Shown here in pieces: positions 8,662-16,941 of a DNA stretch of 64,000 nucleotides. This DNA is from Bacteroidales bacterium UBA1219 (GTDB lineage: Bacteria > Bacteroidota > Bacteroidia > Bacteroidales > P3). The notes beneath the pieces were generated by a model. That model had not been told where the DNA came from. It saw only the letters and a list, made by a program, of their open reading frames with translations, and did not search any database. The DNA is taken from positions 11,143 through 75,142 of the forward strand of contig DBXF01000013.1 in assembly GCA_002309295.1 (NCBI GenBank), given 5' to 3'. The translations under genes were made by a program, and so were the position numbers. Each line of letters opens with the position of its first letter. Position 1 is the stretch's first letter.

Positions 8662-11600
8662 TTATTTAATTATGGTTACGTCGCCTTTAAAATATGTGTT
8701 CTGGTGTCCTTCGCACTCGATGTCGCAGGTGTACATATACACACCCGACTGACACTTGCGGCCTTTGTAGGTGCCGTCCCAACATTCGTTGATGTCGTTG
8801 GTTTCGAACACCTTTTCGCCCCAGCGCGAGAAAATGGCGATATGGAACGACACGATCCACTCGCCTTTGAAGCAGAGCTGGTCGTTCTGTCCATCGCCGT
8901 TGGGCGAAAAAGCGTTGGGTATAAACACGTTGGGTCGTCCACAGATAACATCGATACAGGGCATAAAAAGACTGTCGCGGTACTCGCAACCGAGGGAGTC
9001 GATGACGGTTACATAATACCAAGTGCTGTCGTTAGGACCTGCCGTTGTGGTGGGCGTATTTGGCGAGCCGAGGGAGCCGCTGGTGGCATCCCAATGATAA
9101 GTGGCGCCTTGTACAGGAGTTACGTACAGACGAGTTGTATTGCCACGGAAAACGACAGTGTCGTCGGCCCAGACACGCATACTGTCGAAAACGCTGTACA
9201 CATCCACAAAGAAAGTATCTGTAATACTGCAATTTACGCTATCGGTAATAACAAGCGAATACGTGCCGCTACAAAGCGAGTCGATAAAACTTGTGTTGGC
9301 ACCGTGGCTCCATGAGTAGGTGTAAGGCGACACACCGCCGATGGGCGTAACGTCGATTTCACCGGAACAAAGGTCCTTGCAAGTGGCCTTAACTAAAGCC
9401 GTGTCGGTATATGGCGGAAGCTCGACAATCTGGGTGGTGTCGAAATATTCGCAGCCGTTGGAGTCGGTGATTTTAAGTATGTATGTTCCAATGCAGAGGT
9501 TGTGGCGTTCGGGTGCATAAATGGGAGCGTCGAGCCATTCGAAAACATATTGCGAGGGTCCTGTGATAGTGTCGAGGATATAGCCATTGCATGAAGCGGC
9601 GCAATTGGTGTGTCCTACGGCTTTTGTCACCACAGGTCCTTGCGGGTCGACAAGCGTAAAGTTCTGAGTTACAGAACATCCTTTCGAATCCATCACCCTT
9701 ATGGAGTAGTTGCCCTGACAGAGGTTATAAATGGCTGTGTCGGTGCGATTTCCCGTACTCCAACGGATATCGAAGGGCGGAGTGGCGTTGTTGAGCGACA
9801 CCGAGGCAAAGCCATCACAGCTGCCCGGACACAGAGGATCCTGAAATACGACGGGCATGGCAATGGAAACGAAATTCACGAACACGCTGTCAATGCTGAA
9901 ACAGCCGTTGGTGTCGTACACCTTTACATAGAAATACTGCGGGCCGGTGATATTGACATACGCATTGGGCGAACGCATTGTATTGGGATTGAGAGTGTCG
10001 GTAAAATAGCGGTTCGACGAGAAATGATAGAAATAGTAGCCATGACTCTGAGTGATGGTCGAAATTAGTATAGGGCTGGTGCAATCGGAGGTGTCGCGGT
10101 ACAGCGACATGTTGATTGGCGACATTATGATATTTTGTGGGATAGTGTCGGTGCAGGCGCCGTTGGAGACCACGCAATAGAGCACGGTGTCGTTGTAGAC
10201 GGTGGTGTAAGGATTAGCTATGGTGGAGTCGCTTACATTGCCCGAAATCCAGTGATATGTACATCCCATCTGAGGGTTCTGCCCGATGCGGATTTGATTT
10301 CCCGGACAGGTTTGTACGGTATCGAAAGGCTGCTGGTGCCCCAAAATCATTATCTGTTTAACTATTGAGTCGGTAGAATGGCAACCATTTTCGAGATAAG
10401 CCACAAGCATAACGTTGTAAATACCCGGCTGGGTGTAGATATGCGTAGGATTCTGTGCTGTGGAGGTGCCTCCGTCGCCGAAATACCAGCGGAACGATGT
10501 GCCGAAACCTGTATTGATAAACGTTACTGTGTCGGGGAAACAACCTACAGGAGGACGAATGAAGTCGGCCACGGGGAAGTCGTTGTGGACGTTCATACGG
10601 AAAATGCCGTTGTTGCAGTTGCTGCTATTGTTGGACGACGACAATGCGCTGGGAGTGGTGGGGAATCCCTGACATCCGCCGCAGCTGGCGCATACCGACT
10701 GGTAGAGCGTTGCCATCTTGTCGAAACGGCTGGTGCCGCCATCCACGTGGTCGTGGCCGGAGTTGGCATTGCTGCCGGTATGGCTCTCGCCGAAGAAAGT
10801 GGCATAGTCCATAGCGTTGGCTGTTTCTGTAATACAGATGACATAAAAGTCCTGACCGTCGGTGGAACTTTGGATGGCTCCCGGCGACACCTGCATGCCC
10901 CAAGTGCCGTTGGTGTTCCACGGCTGTATCTGACCTGCAAGATAATATCCGCAGAAAATCCTGCCCCAGCCTGCGGCATACACACGGTTGCACACGTCGG
11001 CGGCAAAAGCCGTGGGCGAGATGTTAGGCACACCGCTGCCCGTGCCGAACACTGTGGACCATATAAGGGTGTCCAAATCGGCTCCGAAACGGGCGAGAAA
11101 CTGTCCGCTGTTGGGGACATTATACTGGGCGTTGTGTATCAGGGTGTTACCAGAAGCCTTGGTCTGTCCGAAGACAAACACATGGTTTTGCTTACCGGTA
11201 CGCACAAAATAAGCCTGGTCGTAGGCTGGTGAGCCGAAGAAGGTTGAGCCCATCAGCTGGGTGCCATTGGACGAAATTTTGGCGATGAAAGCATCGGCAG
11301 AGCCACCGTTGTAAGACATATTATAAGCGTTGGCGGTAACCAGATAATCATTCGAGTTGGTGCCACCACAGACCAAGATATTATATTCGTCGTCGGTGTC
11401 GATGGAGTAAGCGGCATCGTCGTTGCTGCCACCTATATAGCTACTCCACAGCAGGTTGGACAGATTATAGTCCAATTTGAAGACAACGCCATCCTGCCCT
11501 CCTCCCGCGGTGGGCTGAAAAGAACCAGGGGTAGTTGGGAAGTTGCTAGAGAAGGTGCATGATGCCACGTAGACGTTGTTGAGGTCGTCGGTGATAAGCT

Positions 11601-12918
11601 CGCCACGCGCACCGTCGCCGTAGTTGTAGTAGAGCGAGTCGTTGCCAAGCATCACAATGTCGTTGCTCGACGAGAAACGCTGCTTGTAGTTGAGTCCGTC
11701 GTTGCCGGTACCGCCGATATAGGTAGAGGCGCCAAGCCGTGTGCCTGTGGCGTTGAGGCGACACACGAAAATATCCGAGCCGCTGGGGAAATTTATCACC
11801 CCGGTGCCGAGATAAGTAACGCTGCTTCCGCCGCTGAAAGTACGGCTATATGCCGACGTTGTTGTCGGAAAATTGGGAGAGCCCGTGGTTCCAAGAATCA
11901 CAAGTTCGTCAAACTCATTGACATACAAGCTATGGGGCATATCGGCGTATGTGCCGCCGATGTAGGTGGCGTACACGCGTTGCGCGCCTGTGGCGTCGAG
12001 TTTTATAACACCGATGTCGGCATTTCCCGCCGAGGTAGTCTGAAAAGCACCAAGAGTTGTTGGATATCCGTTACCGAAGACAAGTCCGGCGGAGTAAGTG
12101 TTTTTGTGCGAGTCGAAAGCAGCGGTGGTGCCCCAGTTGTCGGCCACGGAGCCGGTGTAGGTGGAGAAAATCAGCATCGGGTCGATGACGAGCGGCTTCG
12201 ACGCATCGTAGTCGCCGAGGTCGAAAGTAACTGCGTTTCCTTTCAAGCGGTAAGAGCATTTGACTTCAACTTCCTTGCCGTCAATGATTTGGTAGGCATA
12301 CGGCTCCAGCTCCACGATGTCAAGCACGGAGGTCTTGATGATGAGGTTGCCGTTTTGGGTGCGGAGTCCGTCGGTGCCGTCGTAGCTGAGGCAGATCTTT
12401 TTTGGCGATGCACCGGGATGCAGCACGAAATCGTATTTCAGGGCACCTTCGGCGGAATAGACCTTGAGGTCGGTCTTGGGGTAGATGTTGTGATACTCAA
12501 CCGTTTGGAACAGATGCACTTCCGAAGCCCAGTGTTTGGGGTCGTTGCCGATGAAATAGTTCTCATAAGTGTCCTCCTTGTCCTGCCCCACGATGGAATC
12601 TGCCTTGGCGTTGACGAAATTGACGCGGTAGGCGTGGAAACGGTATTCCTTGTTGGTATTCTTGTCGTTGAGGTAGGGCTTGCCCTTGGGATTTTTGGGG
12701 TCGGAAAGCAGTATGGTGAAGCAGTTGCGTTCCATAAAGAGGTCGGCATTGCTCATCACCGACTTGAAAAGGATATTGCTCTCCCACTGTCCTTTGTTTT
12801 CGGTGAAATGCATACGTCCGCCCACGCTGAGTGTGTCGCGGGCATTACGGGCATAGAGCGGCGTAGCGGAGAGCAGCGTAGCTATCAGGAGCAGGAAGAT
12901 GGCAAAAATCCTTTTCAT
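8662..12918 (-). CDS. Giant (1418 aa) secreted cell-surface protein with T9SS type-B (gliding-motility-associated) C-terminal domain
   Basis: Signal peptide, SBBP-like beta-propeller repeats, and a PKD-like segment (FRWYFGDGGTSTAQNPTHIY). Also Cys-rich SprB-type repeats and a C-terminal VFIPNAFSPNGDGQNDQL... domain. Confidence 0.8.
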   Translation of the reverse strand: MKRIFAIFLLLIATLLSATPLYARNARDTLSVGGRMHFTENKGQWESNILFKSVMSNADLFMERNCFTILLSDPKNPKGKPYLNDKNTNKEYRFHAYRVNFVNAKADSIVGQDKEDTYENYFIGNDPKHWASEVHLFQTVEYHNIYPKTDLKVYSAEGALKYDFVLHPGASPKKICLSYDGTDGLRTQNGNLIIKTSVLDIVELEPYAYQIIDGKEVEVKCSYRLKGNAVTFDLGDYDASKPLVIDPMLIFSTYTGSVADNWGTTAAFDSHKNTYSAGLVFGNGYPTTLGAFQTTSAGNADIGVIKLDATGAQRVYATYIGGTYADMPHSLYVNEFDELVILGTTGSPNFPTTTSAYSRTFSGGSSVTYLGTGVINFPSGSDIFVCRLNATGTRLGASTYIGGTGNDGLNYKQRFSSSNDIVMLGNDSLYYNYGDGARGELITDDLNNVYVASCTFSSNFPTTPGSFQPTAGGGQDGVVFKLDYNLSNLLWSSYIGGSNDDAAYSIDTDDEYNILVCGGTNSNDYLVTANAYNMSYNGGSADAFIAKISSNGTQLMGSTFFGSPAYDQAYFVRTGKQNHVFVFGQTKASGNTLIHNAQYNVPNSGQFLARFGADLDTLIWSTVFGTGSGVPNISPTAFAADVCNRVYAAGWGRIFCGYYLAGQIQPWNTNGTWGMQVSPGAIQSSTDGQDFYVICITETANAMDYATFFGESHTGSNANSGHDHVDGGTSRFDKMATLYQSVCASCGGCQGFPTTPSALSSSNNSSNCNNGIFRMNVHNDFPVADFIRPPVGCFPDTVTFINTGFGTSFRWYFGDGGTSTAQNPTHIYTQPGIYNVMLVAYLENGCHSTDSIVKQIMILGHQQPFDTVQTCPGNQIRIGQNPQMGCTYHWISGNVSDSTIANPYTTVYNDTVLYCVVSNGACTDTIPQNIIMSPINMSLYRDTSDCTSPILISTITQSHGYYFYHFSSNRYFTDTLNPNTMRSPNAYVNITGPQYFYVKVYDTNGCFSIDSVFVNFVSIAMPVVFQDPLCPGSCDGFASVSLNNATPPFDIRWSTGNRTDTAIYNLCQGNYSIRVMDSKGCSVTQNFTLVDPQGPVVTKAVGHTNCAASCNGYILDTITGPSQYVFEWLDAPIYAPERHNLCIGTYILKITDSNGCEYFDTTQIVELPPYTDTALVKATCKDLCSGEIDVTPIGGVSPYTYSWSHGANTSFIDSLCSGTYSLVITDSVNCSITDTFFVDVYSVFDSMRVWADDTVVFRGNTTRLYVTPVQGATYHWDATSGSLGSPNTPTTTAGPNDSTWYYVTVIDSLGCEYRDSLFMPCIDVICGRPNVFIPNAFSPNGDGQNDQLCFKGEWIVSFHIAIFSRWGEKVFETNDINECWDGTYKGRKCQSGVYMYTCDIECEGHQNTYFKGDVTIIK

Positions 12919-12939
12919 AGCTTTTTGTTTTTCAGAACA

Positions 12940-14214
12940 TTAACTTATTTTGTCGAAACCGAGGAAAGGCACCAGAGCCTCGGGCATGCGTATGCCGTCT
13001 TCGGTCTGGTAGTTCTCGAGGATGGAAGCCACTATGCGCGGGAGGGCGAGGGCGCTGCCGTTGAGGGTGTGTGCGAGACGCATCTTGCCGTCCTTGTCCT
13101 TGAAACGCAGTTTCATACGATTGGCCTGGAATGCCTCGAAATTGGACACCGAACTTACCTCGAGCCATTTCTCCTGAGCGGCAGACCACACCTCGAAGTC
13201 GTAAGTAAGTGCGGATGTGAAGCTTATGTCGCCGCCACAGAGTTTCACTATGCGGAACGGCAGTTTCAGTTTCTGCAGAAGTCCGCCAACGTAGTCTTTC
13301 ATTATCTCGAGCTGCTGGTACGAGTGGTCGGGGTGGTCGATAACAACGATCTCCACCTTGCTGAACTCGTGCAGACGGTTGAGGCCGCGCACGTCCTTGC
13401 CGTAGGAGCCTGCCTCGCGGCGGAAACACTCCGAATAGCCCGCATGACGGATGGGAAACTGTTTTTCGTCGAGAATCACATTGCGGTAGATGTTGGTGAT
13501 AGGCACTTCGGCGGTGGGTATCATATAAAAGCCGTCGAGGGGTATCTGGTACATCTGTCCTTCCTTGTCGGGGAGCTGGCCGGTGCCGAGGCCCGAAGCT
13601 TCGTTGATCATCAGCGGGGGCTGGATTTCCTCGAAACCTGCCGCTGTGGCGTTGCTGAGGAAGAAATTGATGAGGGCGCGCTGCAGGGCGGCACCTTTGC
13701 CACGGTACACGGGAAATCCCGCACCGGTTATCTTGTTGCCAAGTTCGAAGTCGATAATGTTGTATTTTGCGCACAACTCCCAGTGTGGCAGTGCGTTGGC
13801 GGGGAGTTCGGGCTTTTCGCCGAAATAGGCCACAATCTCGTTGTCGTCGGCGTTTTTGCCCTTGGGGACGGAGATATGTGGTGCGTTGGGGAGGGCTATC
13901 AGCTTGGCGTTGAGCTCTTTCTCGGTCTCGGCCAGACGGTCGGAGAGTTCTTTCTCGCGGGTTTTCAGCTCGGCGGTGAGGGCTTTCTTGGCGTTGGCCT
14001 CGTCCTGACGGCCCTGCTTGTAGAGCATTCCTATCTCTTTGGCGATGGCGTTGCCCTCGGCCTTGGTGTCGTCGCATTCTTTCTGGAGCTGACGGCGGGT
14101 ATTGTCGAGGTCGAGAATCTCGTCAACACGCTGTTCCACATCCTTTACGTTCTTGATTTTGAGGCGTTCGATGGCCTCCTGTTTGTTATCACGTAGAAAT
14201 TGAAGTTGTAACAT
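12940..14214 (-). CDS. serS: Serine--tRNA ligase
   Basis: 424 aa. Has the N-terminal coiled-coil arm and a class II core (FRREAGSYGKDVRGLNRLHEF, GSALALPR). Confidence 0.95.
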   Translation of the reverse strand: MLQLQFLRDNKQEAIERLKIKNVKDVEQRVDEILDLDNTRRQLQKECDDTKAEGNAIAKEIGMLYKQGRQDEANAKKALTAELKTREKELSDRLAETEKELNAKLIALPNAPHISVPKGKNADDNEIVAYFGEKPELPANALPHWELCAKYNIIDFELGNKITGAGFPVYRGKGAALQRALINFFLSNATAAGFEEIQPPLMINEASGLGTGQLPDKEGQMYQIPLDGFYMIPTAEVPITNIYRNVILDEKQFPIRHAGYSECFRREAGSYGKDVRGLNRLHEFSKVEIVVIDHPDHSYQQLEIMKDYVGGLLQKLKLPFRIVKLCGGDISFTSALTYDFEVWSAAQEKWLEVSSVSNFEAFQANRMKLRFKDKDGKMRLAHTLNGSALALPRIVASILENYQTEDGIRMPEALVPFLGFDKIS

Positions 14215-14262
14215 GATGTTTTACAATATTTTATCTATTATTTTACATTATTTGGGATATTG

Positions 14263-14270
14263 CAAATATA
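14263..14270 (-). promoter_or_regulatory. -7 promoter box (TATATTTG on minus strand) for serS
   Basis: The plus strand reads CAAATATA inside the extended TCGTATATTTGCA context. Lies 48 nt upstream of the serS ATG. Confidence 0.55.
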
Positions 14271-14280
14271 CGATTTTTTT

Positions 14281-14360
14281 TAATGCGGAGAGCGGATTTC
14301 GGAATTCGGAAGTGATTTTTTAATGCGGAGAGCGAAGTTCGGAACTCGGAAATGATTAAA
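14281..14360 (+). repeat. Two tandem 40-bp units (TAATGCGGAGAGCGRAKTTCGGAAYTCGGAARTGATT...)
   Basis: Direct reading: 14281-14320 versus 14321-14360 are near-identical. The core GGAGAGCGAAGTTCGGAAC recurs at 16766-16784. Confidence 0.9.
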
Positions 14361-14363
14361 AAA

Positions 14364-14390
14364 AGTGAACTGTGATCAGTGAACTGTGAT
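14364..14390 (+). repeat. Two copies of AGTGAACTGTGAT with a 14-bp period
   Basis: Exact 13-mers at 14364-14376 and 14378-14390. Confidence 0.9.
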
Positions 14391-14508
14391 TGGTCGCAGT
14401 TCCATGGTCTTTGGTCATTTGACCAATTTGAGATTTTCAGATTTTCAAATGTAGAGATACGGCGAACATCAGGATTTCAAATCCCTATACTCAATTGTGT
14501 CGGATGAA

Positions 14509-14529
14509 GAAACTGCCTGTGGCAGTTTC
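14509..14529 (-). terminator. Candidate terminator hairpin downstream of the 14583..15458 gene
   Basis: Perfect 9-bp stem GAAACTGCC-tgt-GGCAGTTTC, 54 nt past the stop. The T-tract on the minus strand is weak. Confidence 0.35.
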
Positions 14530-14582
14530 GATAGCCGCAGGTGGAGAATATCAAATCCGCCAAAACAAGAAAATCATCGCAT

Positions 14583-15458
14583 TCACGCTTGGTTTTTGAT
14601 TTTGCAGGATTTCAGCGTCTTACGGTAAATGACAAAGATTACAACAAAAAATATCAGATTGCTGAAATAGGAAATGTCCACATACGACTGCCACCAATAT
14701 TCGGGGGAATCGACTATTTGGGGCTCGGTGAAAAATTCTAACAGCAGAGAGGGCAAATAGAAATCGACAAGATAGCCCAATACAGCAACTGCTAGGACAA
14801 CAATCAGATTAATCCGTACCGAAGGTCGTTTTCTTACCAGCTGGTAAACGACTCCTATTGTTAGCAGGAGCAACATAAAATGCACAACGGCGTTCAAAAG
14901 CATCGGATGTACCAGAAGCCTGACATTATAGGCAATGGTACATACCAAAAAGAATACATAACCGAAAGCGCTGTAGAGCAACATCCCGCCATAAAAACAA
15001 CGCGCTATGCTGTCGGGAGTCCGTCTTTCAGCACAGTAACGCCAGCACAAATAAGCCAAAGTAAGCAGCGCAACGACAATGTTTTTCCATTTGTTCAGCT
15101 CACTCAAAAATTGTTGGGAGAGACCATATTTATACAGATTGTCGGACAAAAGGTAGGAGTCCATCAGATTTGTTCGAACAAACATTTGAAAAAAACTCAG
15201 CAGGTACACAAGCACAAACACCCCCACCACATGGAACCACTTGATATTCAAAAAGAAGGGTTTGCGAAATAAGAAAAAAATGACAGCAAGTTCGAGCAAT
15301 GCACTCCCCGCCACCACCATAACGGGGTCCATAACGCTATACAAGTCATAGATAAAATAAAAGCACTGTCCCCAAATGGCACCGAACAGCCAGTAGGACA
15401 GTATTCCGAAAAGGAAGTAAAGGTAACGTACGTTTTCTTTAGTGAAGCTATAGGTCAT
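14583..15458 (-). CDS. Hypothetical polytopic membrane protein (about 8 TM segments)
   Basis: 291 aa, hydrophobic throughout, no recognisable motif. AT-richer than the neighbouring genes. Confidence 0.6.
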   Translation of the reverse strand: MTYSFTKENVRYLYFLFGILSYWLFGAIWGQCFYFIYDLYSVMDPVMVVAGSALLELAVIFFLFRKPFFLNIKWFHVVGVFVLVYLLSFFQMFVRTNLMDSYLLSDNLYKYGLSQQFLSELNKWKNIVVALLTLAYLCWRYCAERRTPDSIARCFYGGMLLYSAFGYVFFLVCTIAYNVRLLVHPMLLNAVVHFMLLLLTIGVVYQLVRKRPSVRINLIVVLAVAVLGYLVDFYLPSLLLEFFTEPQIVDSPEYWWQSYVDISYFSNLIFFVVIFVIYRKTLKSCKIKNQA

Positions 15459-15514
15459 ATTTCTGTAATGGGGTTATATGTTGTTTATAGGGACTTCCAA
15501 TTTGCGATTTTCGT

Positions 15515-16057
15515 TTAGAAATGCAACGACAGGCCAATCTGCGTGGGCGAGACATTGAGTTTCAGCTGTGTGGTTATCGGTTCACGGTGCCCGATGCCGC
15601 TGTTGTAGGAGTCGCGCACTTTGTTCAGTTTGTGTTTTCCCCTGATGGCGAGGATGGTGGTAGGAACCAACATGCAGACTCCCACCCCACAGGCCCATAC
15701 ACCCACATTTGCTCCTATAAAACCGAAGGTCCCCACAATCCCTACTTCACTCTTGTCGATACATATCATTCCCCAACCCAGACCTATTAGCGTTCCGCCA
15801 CCGACAACCAGACCAGCCGACAGTCCCCCGAATATCAACGACTTACGGTAGAGCGACTTTCCTTTGTCGTAAAGTTCGAACATCTCGTCGGAAAAGAGGT
15901 TGTGCAACTCGTCGTTGGAGATGCGCGTCTTGGACTCGTCGGAAGTGTAGTAATATCCCATGCCTTTCCTCGCGATGGTCTCTATGCTGTCGTTCTGTGC
16001 AAACAGGCTACACGAAATGGCCATTACGGCAATCAGAAAAATAGATACCTTTTTCAT
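15515..16057 (-). CDS. Hypothetical secreted/membrane protein with Gly-rich TM hairpin
   Basis: Start trimmed to MKKVSIFLIAVMAISCSLFAQ, which is a signal peptide. The C-terminal half has two Gly-rich hydrophobic segments. Confidence 0.55.
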   Translation of the reverse strand: MKKVSIFLIAVMAISCSLFAQNDSIETIARKGMGYYYTSDESKTRISNDELHNLFSDEMFELYDKGKSLYRKSLIFGGLSAGLVVGGGTLIGLGWGMICIDKSEVGIVGTFGFIGANVGVWACGVGVCMLVPTTILAIRGKHKLNKVRDSYNSGIGHREPITTQLKLNVSPTQIGLSLHF

Positions 16058-16100
16058 TGCATTGTTAGTTATTTCGTTTATAATCAATTTATTATAGAAA

Positions 16101-16547
16101 TTAGTCGGCATCGGCGGGAATTATGTCGGCAGAAATTGTATAGGTAAGTTTGCCGTAGCACGGACCGCTGGGATCTCCTTTGGGAAATGACTCGGTTTTC
16201 TCTTCGTAGCTGTATGCCGAAGATTTGAAATTGTACGGACTGAGACCAATAGTGTCGGTTTTATGAAAAACCACGGTGTCGCCAGTGACGAAAATAAATG
16301 ACACACTGTCGCCGAAACGGAATCTGAAAACTCTTTCGCAAGATTCTTTCGAGGCAAATCCCATGCCGCAGTCTCCATCAACAATTTTCTCGGTGCCATC
16401 GGGAATTGTTACATTAATATTTTGTGAAATAACTGTTACCTCGAACCCGGAGTTGTTTTTTATTACATTTTCCTCAGTATATCCCGGGTCGCAGGAGAAC
16501 AAAACGGCCGATATGGCCAACACCGTTAAAATCGATTTTAGTTTCAT
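16101..16547 (-). CDS. Hypothetical small lipoprotein
   Basis: Signal peptide with lipobox (LFSC). 148 aa with no recognisable domain. Confidence 0.55.
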   Translation of the reverse strand: MKLKSILTVLAISAVLFSCDPGYTEENVIKNNSGFEVTVISQNINVTIPDGTEKIVDGDCGMGFASKESCERVFRFRFGDSVSFIFVTGDTVVFHKTDTIGLSPYNFKSSAYSYEEKTESFPKGDPSGPCYGKLTYTISADIIPADAD

Positions 16548-16754
16548 AATATAAATCAGGCGGACTTCATTGTTTTACTTTTTTTCGTTGCCATCTCCTC
16601 AAAATTTGCCGAAGTCCTTTTAGGACAAAATCGGAAGAAACGACACTGCAAAATTACAGCATTTTTTCGAATAAAACAACTTTTCAAAAGAAAAAATTTA
16701 GGGGGGGAGTAATCAATTGATAATTAATAATTTACAATTAACAATTGACAATTA

Positions 16755-16784
16755 GTTCGGAACTCGGAGAGCGGAGTTCGGAAC
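16755..16784 (+). repeat. Copy of the TTCGGAA repeat family (GTTCGGAACTCGGAGAGCGGAGTTCGGAAC)
   Basis: Shares the exact 14-mer GTTCGGAACTCGGA with 14336-14349. Shares 18 of 19 nt of GGAGAGCGRAGTTCGGAAC with 14327-14345. Confidence 0.85.
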
Positions 16785-16872
16785 GAATTTGGAGTTTTGA
16801 GTTGGGAGTTTGTAGGTAAACGATGCGGGGGTTCAACACTTCGACAAGCTCAGTGACCGCACCCACCGCACT

Positions 16873-16940
16873 TTCACTTCTTCACATCTTCACACCTTCA
16901 CATCTTCACATCACTATTCACTATTCACTATTCACTATTC
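16873..16940. repeat. Short tandem repeats: (TTCACNYC)x5 followed by (ACTATTC)x4
   Basis: Direct reading. The tract ends at, and overlaps, the stop codon (16942-16944) of the last operon gene. Confidence 0.9.
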
Positions 16941-16941
16941 A

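Noticed and set aside
11932-14196. 754-aa plus-strand ORF spanning serS and the 5' end of the giant T9SS protein gene in antisense
   Set aside because: It crosses an intergenic gap, has repetitive V/G/E/A/H composition and no recognisable motifs. Both sense-strand genes are strongly supported.
14302-14307. GAATTC (EcoRI) sites inside the CGGAATTCGGAA repeats as a sign of linker or vector contamination
   Set aside because: The same repeat occurs in degenerate variants (GAACTC, GGATTTC) at three loci in both orientations. It is embedded in otherwise coherent intergenic sequence, so it is native.
14470-14500. tRNA-like stem-loop (AGGATTTCAAATCCC)
   Set aside because: Only one short arm is present. 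There is no acceptor stem, D-arm or GTTCRANYC T-loop nearby.
16873-16940. Tandem repeats here and at 14281-14360 as a possible CRISPR array
   Set aside because: The units are 7, 8 or 40 bp and directly abut each other without unique spacers. There are no cas genes in the window.
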